A stretch of DNA of 58,185 nt, the filler included, from Catajapyx aquilonaris (Eukaryota): assembly GCA_000934665.2 (NCBI GenBank). It is 3 parts of 3 records of this genome, joined end to end, with 100 filler letters (N's around TTAATTAATTAA, not from the genome) between each part and the next. Parts side by side here need not be neighbours in the genome. Positions count along the whole stretch, not along the records: positions 1 to 19,300 come from JYFJ02006510.1; 2 more parts are not named here. One strand, written 5' to 3'. Positions 1 through 10,900 of the stretch are shown here, in pieces; positions within the stretch are counted from its first letter, which is position 1, and each line of letters starts with the position of its first letter. Both the position numbers and the translations under genes were made by a program. The notes under the pieces were generated by a model. That model searched no databases, had not been told where the DNA came from, and saw only the letters and a program-made list of their open reading frames with translations.

Positions 1-2299
1 AGAAGAGACCCGTCGCTGGGTCGTCCGCGTCACTCACTCGATTTGTAAACAGTGGCGACAATGGAAGCGCTCTCCATGTGCCGATGTTTGAATTGGCCCG
101 CCGGACGGGGTTGCCAGGTAACGGGCTAAACATAAGCAGCTTATGCCGAATTTGTCAATAACTAAAACGACAAAAAAGTTTGATCACCCTGTATATGTCA
201 AAACAATTATTTTGATTGTTGTCAATGTAAATCTGCGAGTACAATACAAATACTTCATTACAATTTACTCCTTTCATAATTAGCATCTAAGTTCCGCAAA
301 AAAAACTCACTTTTGATTTGCGCGATTTCTCAACAAATTGTGCAGAAAATTTACAGGAAATTCTCCGCCGCCCCTCCAGTTAGGCTACATGCGCCACTAT
401 CTGTTACGTAAATATCCATCAATTGCATTCACTCTTCGCACCTGCAATTTTCTGCAACAGCTTCACACAACAAAACCCGCAAGCTCACAATATGCAGTCG
501 ACTGAACTTATGCAAAAAAAAAAAAAAAAAGCACCAGGAAAATATTGCGCTTATGCAAAATACAATTCCCGCAGAAAATAAAACAGCATGAAAAGCGTGC
601 ATCTATAGCCAAGGGAAAATAATAATAATAAAAAAACACATGCCATAGCTTTTTGTCTTGTGCTTGCCTTTGACAGTTAACTGGCCAATAAGGCACCTTA
701 CAGAGTTACAGAGCAAAATCCTTCCACCAATTTAAAAAAAAAAAAAAATGTCGTGAAAAAAATATACTGCACTACTCTGGGGGATAGATGCCACCGATTA
801 CCAAGAAACGATTTAAAAACTAACAATAAAAGGGGAAAAAAAAAAACCAACGACACCTATATGACCTCTGGAAAAGGAGAGAGAAAAAAACAAATGTGGG
901 AGAATGAAAATAAAGTAATTTAAAAAAAATATATAAATGCACTAAGAGAGTCCAAAAAGGTGCTTGAAGCCTGAAATAAGTCAAAATAGATTTGGGGTTG
1001 TTTTTTTTTTTGGTCACCCACCTTTTCTAGGCCGCCACCAATCCTCAAAGTACCCTTTTTGTCGCGTAGGGGGGGAAAAAAAGGGGGACGGTTTGTGACG
1101 AGTAGAGGGCAAATAGGTTTGGAAGGAGGAGGAGGAGGAAAAAAAAGAGCATCCTTTTAAATCTCACATCATAAACATTCGACCCAAAAAGAATATTGCG
1201 GAACCCAAAAATTTCCCATTGATCGAGAGAGAAAAAAGCAGCGTATATATTGCAAATTTTGACCACTTCCAATTAGCGTGTGCGAATCACTATCTTAATT
1301 AAATGTTAAAGCTATCACTGGCATGCATAGCTCGCTAAGAGTAAATCGCTAAAGAAAAATAAGCCTATAAGATGTGGTCACATGTTTTGTGTGGCACACT
1401 TTAAAATATTAATTGTTGCTACTGCACTTTTTTTTTTTTTCATAAACAATTAATTCCTTTTCATTTGCAACAACTCGTCATTCGGAAAATGCTGCTCATT
1501 TGAAATCACCTATATGTTAGTATTGTCCAAACAATTCGTAAATTTTCATGCACTTTTTTAACACATGCGACCACACTTCTATGACGCTAAACATAATGAT
1601 GCTCTTGCTTTTTTTTTTTTAATATATTATAAATATGATGAAAAGGAGGTGAGCGTCATGCAAGCAGAGCTACTTAAAGGAAAGAACGACAAGGGGGCAA
1701 AATAAAATTTAAAAAAATCCCCTCCACCATGCGCCACGTTTTTGGCCAACTTAAAATATGTAACGAAAGCCAACCCATACATTTAAAAAAAAAGGGGGAT
1801 GCTGTGCAGGCTTTGAAAAATTCATAAACCTTCAACTAAATGCGGTTTAGGGGGAAATACTTAAGTCCTTGATATGACTCCCAAAAAAGAGTGTTGTTCC
1901 CACAGGATATAAATCGTCATGCTCAGCATTTTTTTTTTAAGGGTGGGTGGGAATAGATCGACTACGAAAAAAAATTTATCAATATTGGCAGACTACTTAG
2001 AACCACGTAAAAAACAAAGGTCCAGTAAGCATAGTGACATTTGAAGAGATAATTACAAAGAATTTACTCGAGCGATAAAACCCAAAAAGGTTTTATCGCT
2101 CGAGTTAAAATATCAATTTTGTCTACATAATGAAATGGCAAACATCAATGCACAATTTACAGGGGATGAGAGACACTTTCACAACACCTAACAATCAGGA
2201 AAAATTTGGACCGTACTAATTTTGTTATTATTTTTTTTGAAAATTAAATGAACATCACGAATTATATAAAAATGTACGGATGAAATTCATTCAACTCAC

Positions 2300-3147
2300 C
2301 ATCACGTTCTGGTCCGACTGATTGGGTCTGTGTCTGTTTACTGTAAGCCACCATTTCCTTCGCTGGAATGTTGGTCGACTGAACACTAATCACCGACAAC
2401 TGTGGCTTTTTCTTCCTACAATACGCATCGAAAGATAAAAATGTAATGCTGTACGAAAAAACCATCTAAAATGTCCCAAGAAAAACTTCTAACAACGATA
2501 CAAAGGCTTTTTAAAAAATTATTTGGACTTGAGCTAGTAGTGCGAACTTAGATTACAATACGTTCAATGCCATATTAATTCGTGCCTGGTAATACCAACT
2601 ATCGATAGAGTCATTCGATGATTCATTAGCAGTTCGCCTTTACAGATATTTTTAAAATGCTCCATTGCAAACATGGGTGTAAAAACCACGCCCAAAATAT
2701 TCCTACCTATGTGACGAGGTGGAAGACAAAGAAACTGTTGGTTGAAGACTAGACTCCGGAGTGTTGGTGGCACTTTGATCAGGCGTAGCCACAGACGACA
2801 AACTAGACAAGTTGGACGCCACTTCTGAAAATTCCAGGAACGATGCGGATGACAACCACAACTTTTGGGCAGCTAACACATCACTCACCTGAAATCGGCG
2901 TGATCCCAACCGTCTTCAGCAAATTGTCCGCTAATATCCGCTGGTCAACGTTCCCTTGGGTCTGCGGCAACGCTTCTCCGGCCTGCCGAATAAAACATAT
3001 TAATTCCAAACACCGCCCCAAAAAAAAAAAGACTGGCCAACAAATCACCTCTCTCAGCTCCTTCTCCTTTCTCCTCCGCTCCTTCTCCTCCCGGATGGCC
3101 TGCAGCTTCGCCTTCTTCCTCTCCAGCTCCGCCTTCCGATCCGCCAT
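2300..3147 (-). CDS. DYNC1I: Cytoplasmic dynein 1 intermediate chain, 5' coding exons (gene continues beyond window start)
   Basis: Exons 3147-3049 (MADRKAELERKKAKLQAIREEKERRRKEKELRE, the conserved DIC N-terminal helix), 2982-2889, 2824-2707 (Ser-rich) and 2415-2300 (LSVISVQSTNIPAKEMVAYSKQTQT, the Tctex1/LC8-binding segment with KQTQT). All junctions are GT-AG and in phase. WD40 exons are not in the window. Confidence 0.93.
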
Positions 3148-3205
3148 CTTCACCGTTACACTGCAACACACCAAAACACACATCAAAGCCCATTTCCACG
3201 GTACT

Positions 3206-3712
3206 TAGCCGCCATGTTACGTTGTCAAGTAATGTTGCCATCGGTTGACATGTAAAGTTGCCATGTAATGTTGCAAAGGACAAACTGTGCCCTTATGTAT
3301 GTGCGTAGCATATCATATTTTTAATAATTTAGTATGGTAAGCTTGTCATGTTACCGGTATGTCATCAGTTGCCATGTAATGTTGCAATGGACAAACTTGT
3401 CCTTATGCTTGTCTGTAATATATCACTAATATTTCTAATTCTTTGCTGCCATGTTATGTTGCCACGGACAAACTTTGCCCTTATGTATATCTGTAGCGTA
3501 TCATATTTCTAATAATTTAGTATGGTAAGCCCGTCATGTAACGTTGCAACGGACAAACTTGTTCCTGTTTGTCTGTAGTACATCACAAATATTTGGCTTC
3601 GCTGCCATGTTCAGTTGTCATGTGATGTTGCCATCGGTTGCCATGTAATGTTGCAATGGACCAACTTGCCCTTATGTATGTCTGTAGTATATCATATTTC
3701 TAATAATTTAGT
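3206..3712. repeat. Degenerate tandem repeat, ~90-110 bp unit, about 5 copies
   Basis: Recurrent block gttgccatgtaatgttgcaa(t/a)ggacaaactt...cccttatgtat...gtagtatatcatattt(c/t)taataatttagta at approximately 3257, 3368, 3447, 3533 and 3637. Confidence 0.8.
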
Positions 3713-3974
3713 AGGAACTTCATTAAAGATTTTTTTGGGGGTGTATGAGTTGGCAGGTGGGTCATTTCCCCCCCCCTTCGTTCCACCCCACCCCAGACAC
3801 GTCATCCGCCCAATCCCATAGTTTGACCCCCCACTTCTAAAAACTTGACCTCTCACCAATTTTAGCTCAGTGGTTGACCTGTCTCCAATGCAACTGTTCC
3901 CAAGCTGCTGTCACTTTTAATATTAGGATTAAATGTCGATTAGACGTCGGCCGAAGATGAGTTCGATCCGCACC

Positions 3975-4400
3975 CGAAATCCGCCATTTTGAAAATTGTT
4001 CTATTCGAATCACGTCGCGTGTTAATTCAATCGCTGCGACTTTTCAACCTGTTATTTTATCTATTATAGTATTAGTTATACATCGCCGCTAGTGATAATA
4101 GCGCTTTTGTTCGTCCGTCACAATCGTGTGTTTATGACGTCATGCAATATAAATTGTTGTGGGTATGGCCAAGTATGACTCACTTCAGATCTGTAATCCG
4201 CCATTTTGGATCCTGAGTGGATTCAAAATGGGGCTCATTCGCTGTTGCCACATCGTCTGCTTACAGTGTTGCCGATAGAATTCGAGGTGTGTTCAATTAG
4301 CTTGTAATTAGATCGGTTTGTCGCAATTGATCCGTAGCAAGTGTTCAAGTCGTATTAAAAGGGAATTAAAGGAACATCCAGCTGGTCAACAGATCTGGTA
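3975..4400. promoter_or_regulatory. Probable bidirectional promoter between dynein IC and Rabex-5, with YY1/Pho-type motifs
   Basis: Genes are head-to-head. CCGCCATTTTG occurs at ~3981 and ~4198, with an opposed CAAAATGG at ~4224. Outward-facing splice donors: minus GTGAGT at 4183, plus GTAAGA at 4398. Confidence 0.55.
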
Positions 4401-4904
4401 AGAAAAATTGAGTCATTCTGATTACATATGGAATCCTTTCTAAGCTTCTTTTATTTTTTAAGGCTTCAAAGTTTGTTCCATTTCTTCAGCAGCATCAGAG
4501 GAGTCATAAGGGTCCAAGAAGTAACGGGTACCAGACACTGTGGGTAAGAAATATTCAGTCGGCACAAGTCGGCACAAGTTAACGACGAAACATGTTCTAA
4601 ATCCATTGAAAACAAACTCAATCGAAGTCGACATGCGCATTCAATCGCATGAATACGTACTCTGATCATGTGCAAGATTCATACTTCATATTCATAAGCC
4701 GTTAACAATAATGGATCGTTTCTATATGTCCGTATGTTACATGGCTTTCCGTCCGATAATCCGCTTTTAAGCTGTATGATCCACATCTAATCTGTTTATA
4801 TACTGTTAATGCCATCGTCACGCGGGTAACATGTCATGCAGAGGCGTAATCTTCTGTGACATCACTACATACCACTGCTTGTTAGTAATTATATTCAGAA
4901 ATGA

Positions 4905-5165
4905 AAAGCGGCGTTTACATGCGAGCGATTTATCCACAAACGCTGCAACATCGCATGTAATCGCTTGCATGGAAACGCGGCTTAAAGCTGCAATTACATG
5001 TTTGACCAGCGATGTCATCGCTAAGCGGTAACATCGCTGAGTAACCCGAGGCGAAAATCGATTGCTACTTTCACCGATCGCTCAGCGAAGACTTTGCTCA
5101 CATGTAATCGCAGCCTTAAGCCGGGTTTACATACGATCAATTTATCAGCAATGTTGCTGAGCTTT
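4905..5165. mobile_element. Cluster of short foldback/MITE-like elements (Harbinger-like ends) in the Rabex-5 5' UTR intron
   Basis: aagcggcgtttacatgcgagcgatt...aatcgcttgcatggaaacgcggctt, then aagctgcaattacatg...catgtaatcgcagcctt, then aagccgggtttacatacgatc. Units abut at TAA/TTA. Confidence 0.55.
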
Positions 5166-5224
5166 AGCCGTCACATCTTACAATATGTTATTTTCCATAG
5201 TTGACGTCAAAACCGGCCAAAACG

Positions 5225-7177
5225 ATGCATGGTATGCACTACGACTTGAAGTGCCGTAATGGTTGCGGCTTCTACGGGAATCCAGCCTGGCAAGGGCTGT
5301 GTTCCAAGTGCTATCGGGACTCCCAGCCGCCGCCGCAGCCATTGCTGCCGCCTCCACAGTCAGTCAACACCTCTCCAAGCCTGTCCCATCCAAGTCCGGC
5401 TCACCCGCCGCTTTTGAGTCCAGGCCGTGATGACAAGAAGCGGACACAGCAGCGGAAGAGCCGGACACGCTCCTTCTTCCGGAAGACTCCGACCAAAGAG
5501 GGCGAACCGGGTGTTGGCCAAGCCCAGTGGTGGGGCGGAGGTGGAGCGGATTCGGAGCAGGCGGCGGAGGAGTTTAGAGCTAGTTTGGAACAAGCTGGTC
5601 TCGGCCCGTGGGCACAGAGGGAGCTACAGAGACGGCTTGGCGAGGCTGTTCGAGCTGTAAGTATCAGGTAGACAAGTTTCGACTTATATCTATTGGCGAT
5701 CTCATAGGTGAAGAGTCTACCGCTGGGATGCCCTGTGGACGAGATGGTGAATGCAGCCCAGGGTCTCTATCAGAACCTACTCGCTGGAGGCATAGGAGAC
5801 AGGATGGACCAAACTGTGAGAGAAAAGGTGGAGGATGCGGCGGAAAGAGCTGCGACCGTGCTGCTCTACAAGAGGATTTTCTGTCCTATCGGGACTGACG
5901 ACGAGGAAAAGGATCTCTCAATGCAAAGCAGGTTCGTATTTATAGCCAAACAGGGTCATTGCTTTGGCATTTTCGCTGTCCTACGAGTGTGAGAATCCGC
6001 AGTCGATGTAAGCGTGTTTGAAATTTCTGTTCCTGTTTGTTCCAGAATTCGTGAACTTAGCTGGGTGACTGCCCGTCATCTCGACTGCAACATACTTGAA
6101 TCTGATCCCAGGGTTCGTGATCTCTTGTGTGAAGCTATGGATGCAATACTGGGAATGGACTCGGCCAGAGCACCGCAGGATAAGCTCTCTGCATTGGTGA
6201 GATGCAGCCAGCGCGTATTTGAAGTACTGCGTCTGTGGGGAGGCGGAGAGGGATGTGGGAAGGAGGATGGGTTGGGATCAGTCGAGGAAGGTGGTGGAGG
6301 TGCGGATGAATTTCTGCCAGCGCTGATCTACGTGGTGCTCAGAGCAAATCCGCCTCGGCTTCCATCGAACGCAGCGTTCGTCACCAGGTGTGTCTTAATT
6401 ATTAACGAGTGCCAATTGTACGAATTCATATTGAAAACAAATTTTTTTATAGGTTCGCAGTCCCTCGTCGTTTGCAATCAGGCGAAGGCGGCTACTACTT
6501 CACAAACCTATGTTGCGCACTGGCTTTTCTACAAGAAATGGGTGCGGATAGTCTCGGAATGCCGCAGGATGAGTTTGAAGGTCGCGTTAGAGGCGAGGCA
6601 GCCCCTTGGGATGCCACTGCGCAACAGTTCGTCCCCTGCTCGGCTCTGCAGGGTCTGACGCAGGATCTGGCTGCCCTGAGACGTCTGGAGGGAAGAAGAC
6701 GAAGGGTAGTGGACGAGGCGAAACAGATGGTGGAGGACTCCAAGAAGGTGCTGGAGAAGACGACGAAGGAAGTGGACGAAGTGAGGGCCAAGACGCCTTT
6801 GGTAGTTGAGGACCGACCTCCGCTTCCGGCCGACTGGCTCTCGAGGGGACTACCATCCCGGAAGACGAAGGACGAGGCAGCGAAAGCTCCGAAGCGCAAC
6901 TCAGGTTAGCACTTTCAACTTATTGTCGTTAACATATGACAAAACCTATTTACATCCAACAGGACCTTCCCTTCTGGATATTCCGCTGGCCGAGGAGACA
7001 CGTCTGCCTCCTCCAGACATTTGCCCCTCTTCGTTGGTCACCATGTCTCCAGGCTACCGGGGCTTCACAGCGCAAGGATACCAGATACCAAGCATTCCAT
7101 GTGAGACCGGCGCATCGGCCAAGAAGATCGAGGAGAAGGAAGAAGAGAAAGATGGAAGAGACGAAGAGAGTGAGTGA
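5225..7177 (+). CDS. RABGEF1: Rab5 GDP/GTP exchange factor Rabex-5 (A20 zinc finger + VPS9 domain)
   Basis: Exons 5225-5656, 5708-5931, 6046-6387, 6453-6904 and 6963-7177, all GT-AG and in phase. A20 Zn[24 protein letters not shown]9 motifs [44 protein letters not shown]-terminal coiled coil. Confidence 0.95.
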
Positions 7178-7952
7178 AATACGAGCCGGAAGTTACGCAT
7201 TTTTTGAGCACTCACAGTTGTATTGTAATTATTGGAACATACATTAATTTGCGCTGAGAGCTCAACTCCAGGAATCGGTTATTTTTGTCTCATTAATTTG
7301 CTTCGGGTTCAAATTGATTGGTGTCGTTAAGGTGAAATAAAATATTGTATCAAAATTATTTTCGATGCGGTTTTTCAATATCCAAATCGTTGCGTCTGAA
7401 ATATGCGGGAGGGGGGGAAATAAAATGTCGACTGTTTCTGTTTGATCGCTCTTTTTTAAAACAGGCGTTACAAAAAAAACTCATTTTCACTTGGACTGTA
7501 CAAACGGGAGGGCGACATGACTGGATCGGGGGAGAGGGATATTGGGACTGGGAACAAAGGGAGAAGTTTTCTCTCTCTCAAAAAAAAAAAAAAATCAACG
7601 CAACACTTTCACCACAACTCACTTCATGGAAGACAGGAAACTGCCACAAAATTTCATGAAAAGATGGCAGAAGATGGTACGGAAAAAAATAATGTAATTA
7701 CCATTAGCCTGATGTCGCTTAAAAATTGTTTCGTCTTAAAATTTGATATGACTATGCCAGGTACACTCGGAACGTGAATTTCGCCCGGACACTGTTTTTT
7801 TTTTTGCCGTCTTGCGTTTAATTGCTGACTTGCTCCGTGTTTAATTATCGTCGAGGTTTTTTTGGCGCCTCAATCGTACCTACAAAGTGGAGCTTTTTTT
7901 TATATTTGAATTACGGCCGCGTTATGATTCCAATTGCGATTTTGTTGGAGGA

Positions 7953-10900
7953 TCATCTATTGTGATGCTGATGGTGTGCGGAACTAATTGCGGGTCCGAC
8001 CGTGGCTTGAATCCATAGCAGGTCTGTCCATACCGAGGCAAAGACGGCAGGCCGACCGCCCTTCACACTCCCTCTGCGTCCACTCTGGCCTGTGGTGCTT
8101 CGTCCGCACTCCCCTGGGTGGCTCAGGACGCCTTGGAGCTCCCAGGTGTTTTCTTCGCCCGAAACGCACATCAGCGGGACACCCTCGTCACTCTGTAACA
8201 ACCAGGAATTAAATCGGTTCGTCGGTACATGCCACGAAACGTACCTCACACGGCGACTTTTCCACGCTGCTGAATCCAGCGCAGATATGTCCCTTTGTGA
8301 CGAACCCGTTGTAGCCTGTGCTTGAATTGCATTGCTCCAGGTCGTCCGTCGGAACAGGGAGGTACTGCAGGTACTGCCGCTGTGGGGCCACCGCGTTTGC
8401 TCCTGGGGTTCCGAGTGGTCCCCAACCAGCCACGGCGCACAGCTCTCTAGCGCCAACGCCTCGACTGGGCAAGCAGACCGCACCGACGTCTCCGCCCAAC
8501 TCAATCGGTTGCGCCAACTTAACCAGTGCCAAGTCGTGCACCCGGAGATGTCCGCCATGCAGACCAACGTTAGGATGAACCACGATTTCAGAGACGGCGC
8601 TGATCCTCGAGCGGTCTGGATCTCCCGGACCGGCAATGGCGACCCAACGAGTCGCATCGACGGACCGACTGCCGTTGGACATGTCGGCTCTCGAACGAAG
8701 AATGCAGCTGGAGGATGTCAGAAGCCAGGACGGAGCGATTACGCTTGCACTGCAGGAAACGCCAGCCGCTGGGTCACCTCCAGCTCGAACCAGGAGAGCC
8801 ACGGATGACCACTGGCCATCCAACGCTGGGTCGCCTCCAGCTAGCCTTGCAGACGGACCGCCAGCCAAACTCCAACTGCTACAACCTGTAAGTTAATCCC
8901 CAAAAAAATTATCTATTGAAACTAATGTGTTGATTGCGAAACATTACCAAATTGCAGGCAGGAAACTTCGACGTATGATCCCGACCGACACTTTTGTTGC
9001 GATGATCTTTCCATTACTAACAACAGATTGCTCTGGTTGGTCGTAAGCTTCGTTCCTTCTTTTAGTCGCCATACGTCGGAGCTGTTCTCCGGATGGAACG
9101 GATCCAGCGAGGGATATTCGGTGCTCACCGAACGACTGTGTGGTTACAATATCCGTTAGCCGTCAGCCGTTATTAACAACGATTGTTTCTCACCTGTAGC
9201 CTAGATGCTGGCATGCAATGTGGCTCCATTCGCTGTCCCATTCATCAGCGCAAACTCTGTCCCACTTATCTGCGGATCTGATGCGGATAGGTGTTATCTA
9301 AATGTGGTTTTTTTTTAGACGTACCGGTACTGACCTGACTTGCAGTGTTTGCGACTCTTGCTGCAGCTGCATGCAATCCCACTCGTCACTCTTGTCTTCA
9401 CAGTCGGGCTTTCCGTCGCATCTTGTTGAATTGTCGACGCAGCCTCCGGACCAACATTTAAACTCGGATGCAGTACAAGCTCGGATCTCACCTCCTTTAC
9501 ATCCGAGCTCATCCTCGCCTCCGAGGCAGTCGGAGAGACCATCGCAATGCCATTTGGATTGAATGCAGCGTCCAGATTCACACTGGTATTCATCAGATCG
9601 ACAGCGCCATATCCCGCAGTCGGTTTCATCGCTGGAATCGGCGCAATCTGATATCCGATCGCAAACTCTGTCCCGTTTGATGCAAACTCCATCCCCGCAT
9701 GGAAAACTGTCACGATCGCAATCTCCAGATCGATCTAGGTCCGGTCCGCACGGAGTTCCAGGCGGACACTTGCTTGGAGTCACTTCGTTAATCTGATCTA
9801 TTACTTGGTTTGGAATTTCAGTCGCAAGTTCCGGAGCTTCAGTCGCTTCTGTGCTGTCGTCAAACGTCGTTGGCAATGAATAATCCATGCTCTGCTCTTC
9901 CGTTGTTGTGTCCACTATCGCCTGGTCTTCAGTCGTAGCTTCGTACTTTTCAGTTGGAATTTCATCAGTCGCTTCATCCTCCGATTTGGTCATATCATTC
10001 GAAACAGTTGTCGCATTGTCTTCTGTTGTACTAGTTGTCGCAGCCATGTCATGTTCAATCAGTGCGTTTATGTGATCCATTATTCCATGTGATTCGGGGC
10101 TTTTAGGCTCCGGATAAAACGTCGTGTTCTGCGCATCTTCAGGTACCGCAGTCGATGATAATTCAGGTTCGGCCGTTGAACTCGCAGTCCAATCGGCAAT
10201 ACCGTCCTTCTTCGTCTTGTACTTTTTATCCAGTGCGTCCTCAGTGCGATTTGATTCGTCCTCGGAGAATCCGGTCCAAACTATCGGCTTCTTAGTCGGC
10301 TCCGGTTTCTTCAGCCTTCCTGGATCCAAATCGACATGATTTGCCTCGTCGTTGGGATCCCCCCGAAACTTTTTGTCCGACCCGGAATTGCTGCCGGCTC
10401 CGGACACCAAGTTTTCCTCCGTGGAACCGGGACCTGTATCGTCATTGTCATCTTCGCTACTATCTGATTCAGAACTTTCATCTGAATCATCAGATATTTC
10501 AGGACTCTCCGCACTCGACTCAGTCTCTGCCACCTTCACACCATCAACTTCATTGTCTTTCTCCGTGGTTTCAGGCACCTTCAGAATGGGAAGCTGCAAA
10601 TGGATATCCTCTCCACGTTTCTGAACCGGATCTTCAGACAGAAGCCGAGGCGTCTCCTGAGGTTCCGATGCGGATTTCGGTTCCATTTTCTGCGCCGGTT
10701 TGTGTTGCGGTTGAGTCTTCAAGTTTCTTGATTCTTCAAACCCTGTTTCGTTTTCACTGGACGGCTCTGAATTTTTACCTGATTCGTCATGCGAGTGTAT
10801 CGCAGGATTACGTTTGTTAACGGCCGACTCCTGCACTGTTTGAGGTTGTTTTTCTTCAACGGCTGGTTCTGATGACGGTTCAACTTGTTTTTCTTCAACG

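Noticed and set aside
340..510. Possible additional small dynein IC exons on the minus strand
   Set aside because: AG/GT pairs exist but the translations match no DIC segment I recognise; needs transcript data.
4458..4675. Short minus-strand ORFs in the Rabex-5 5' intron
   Set aside because: No recognisable domain or consistent splice structure.
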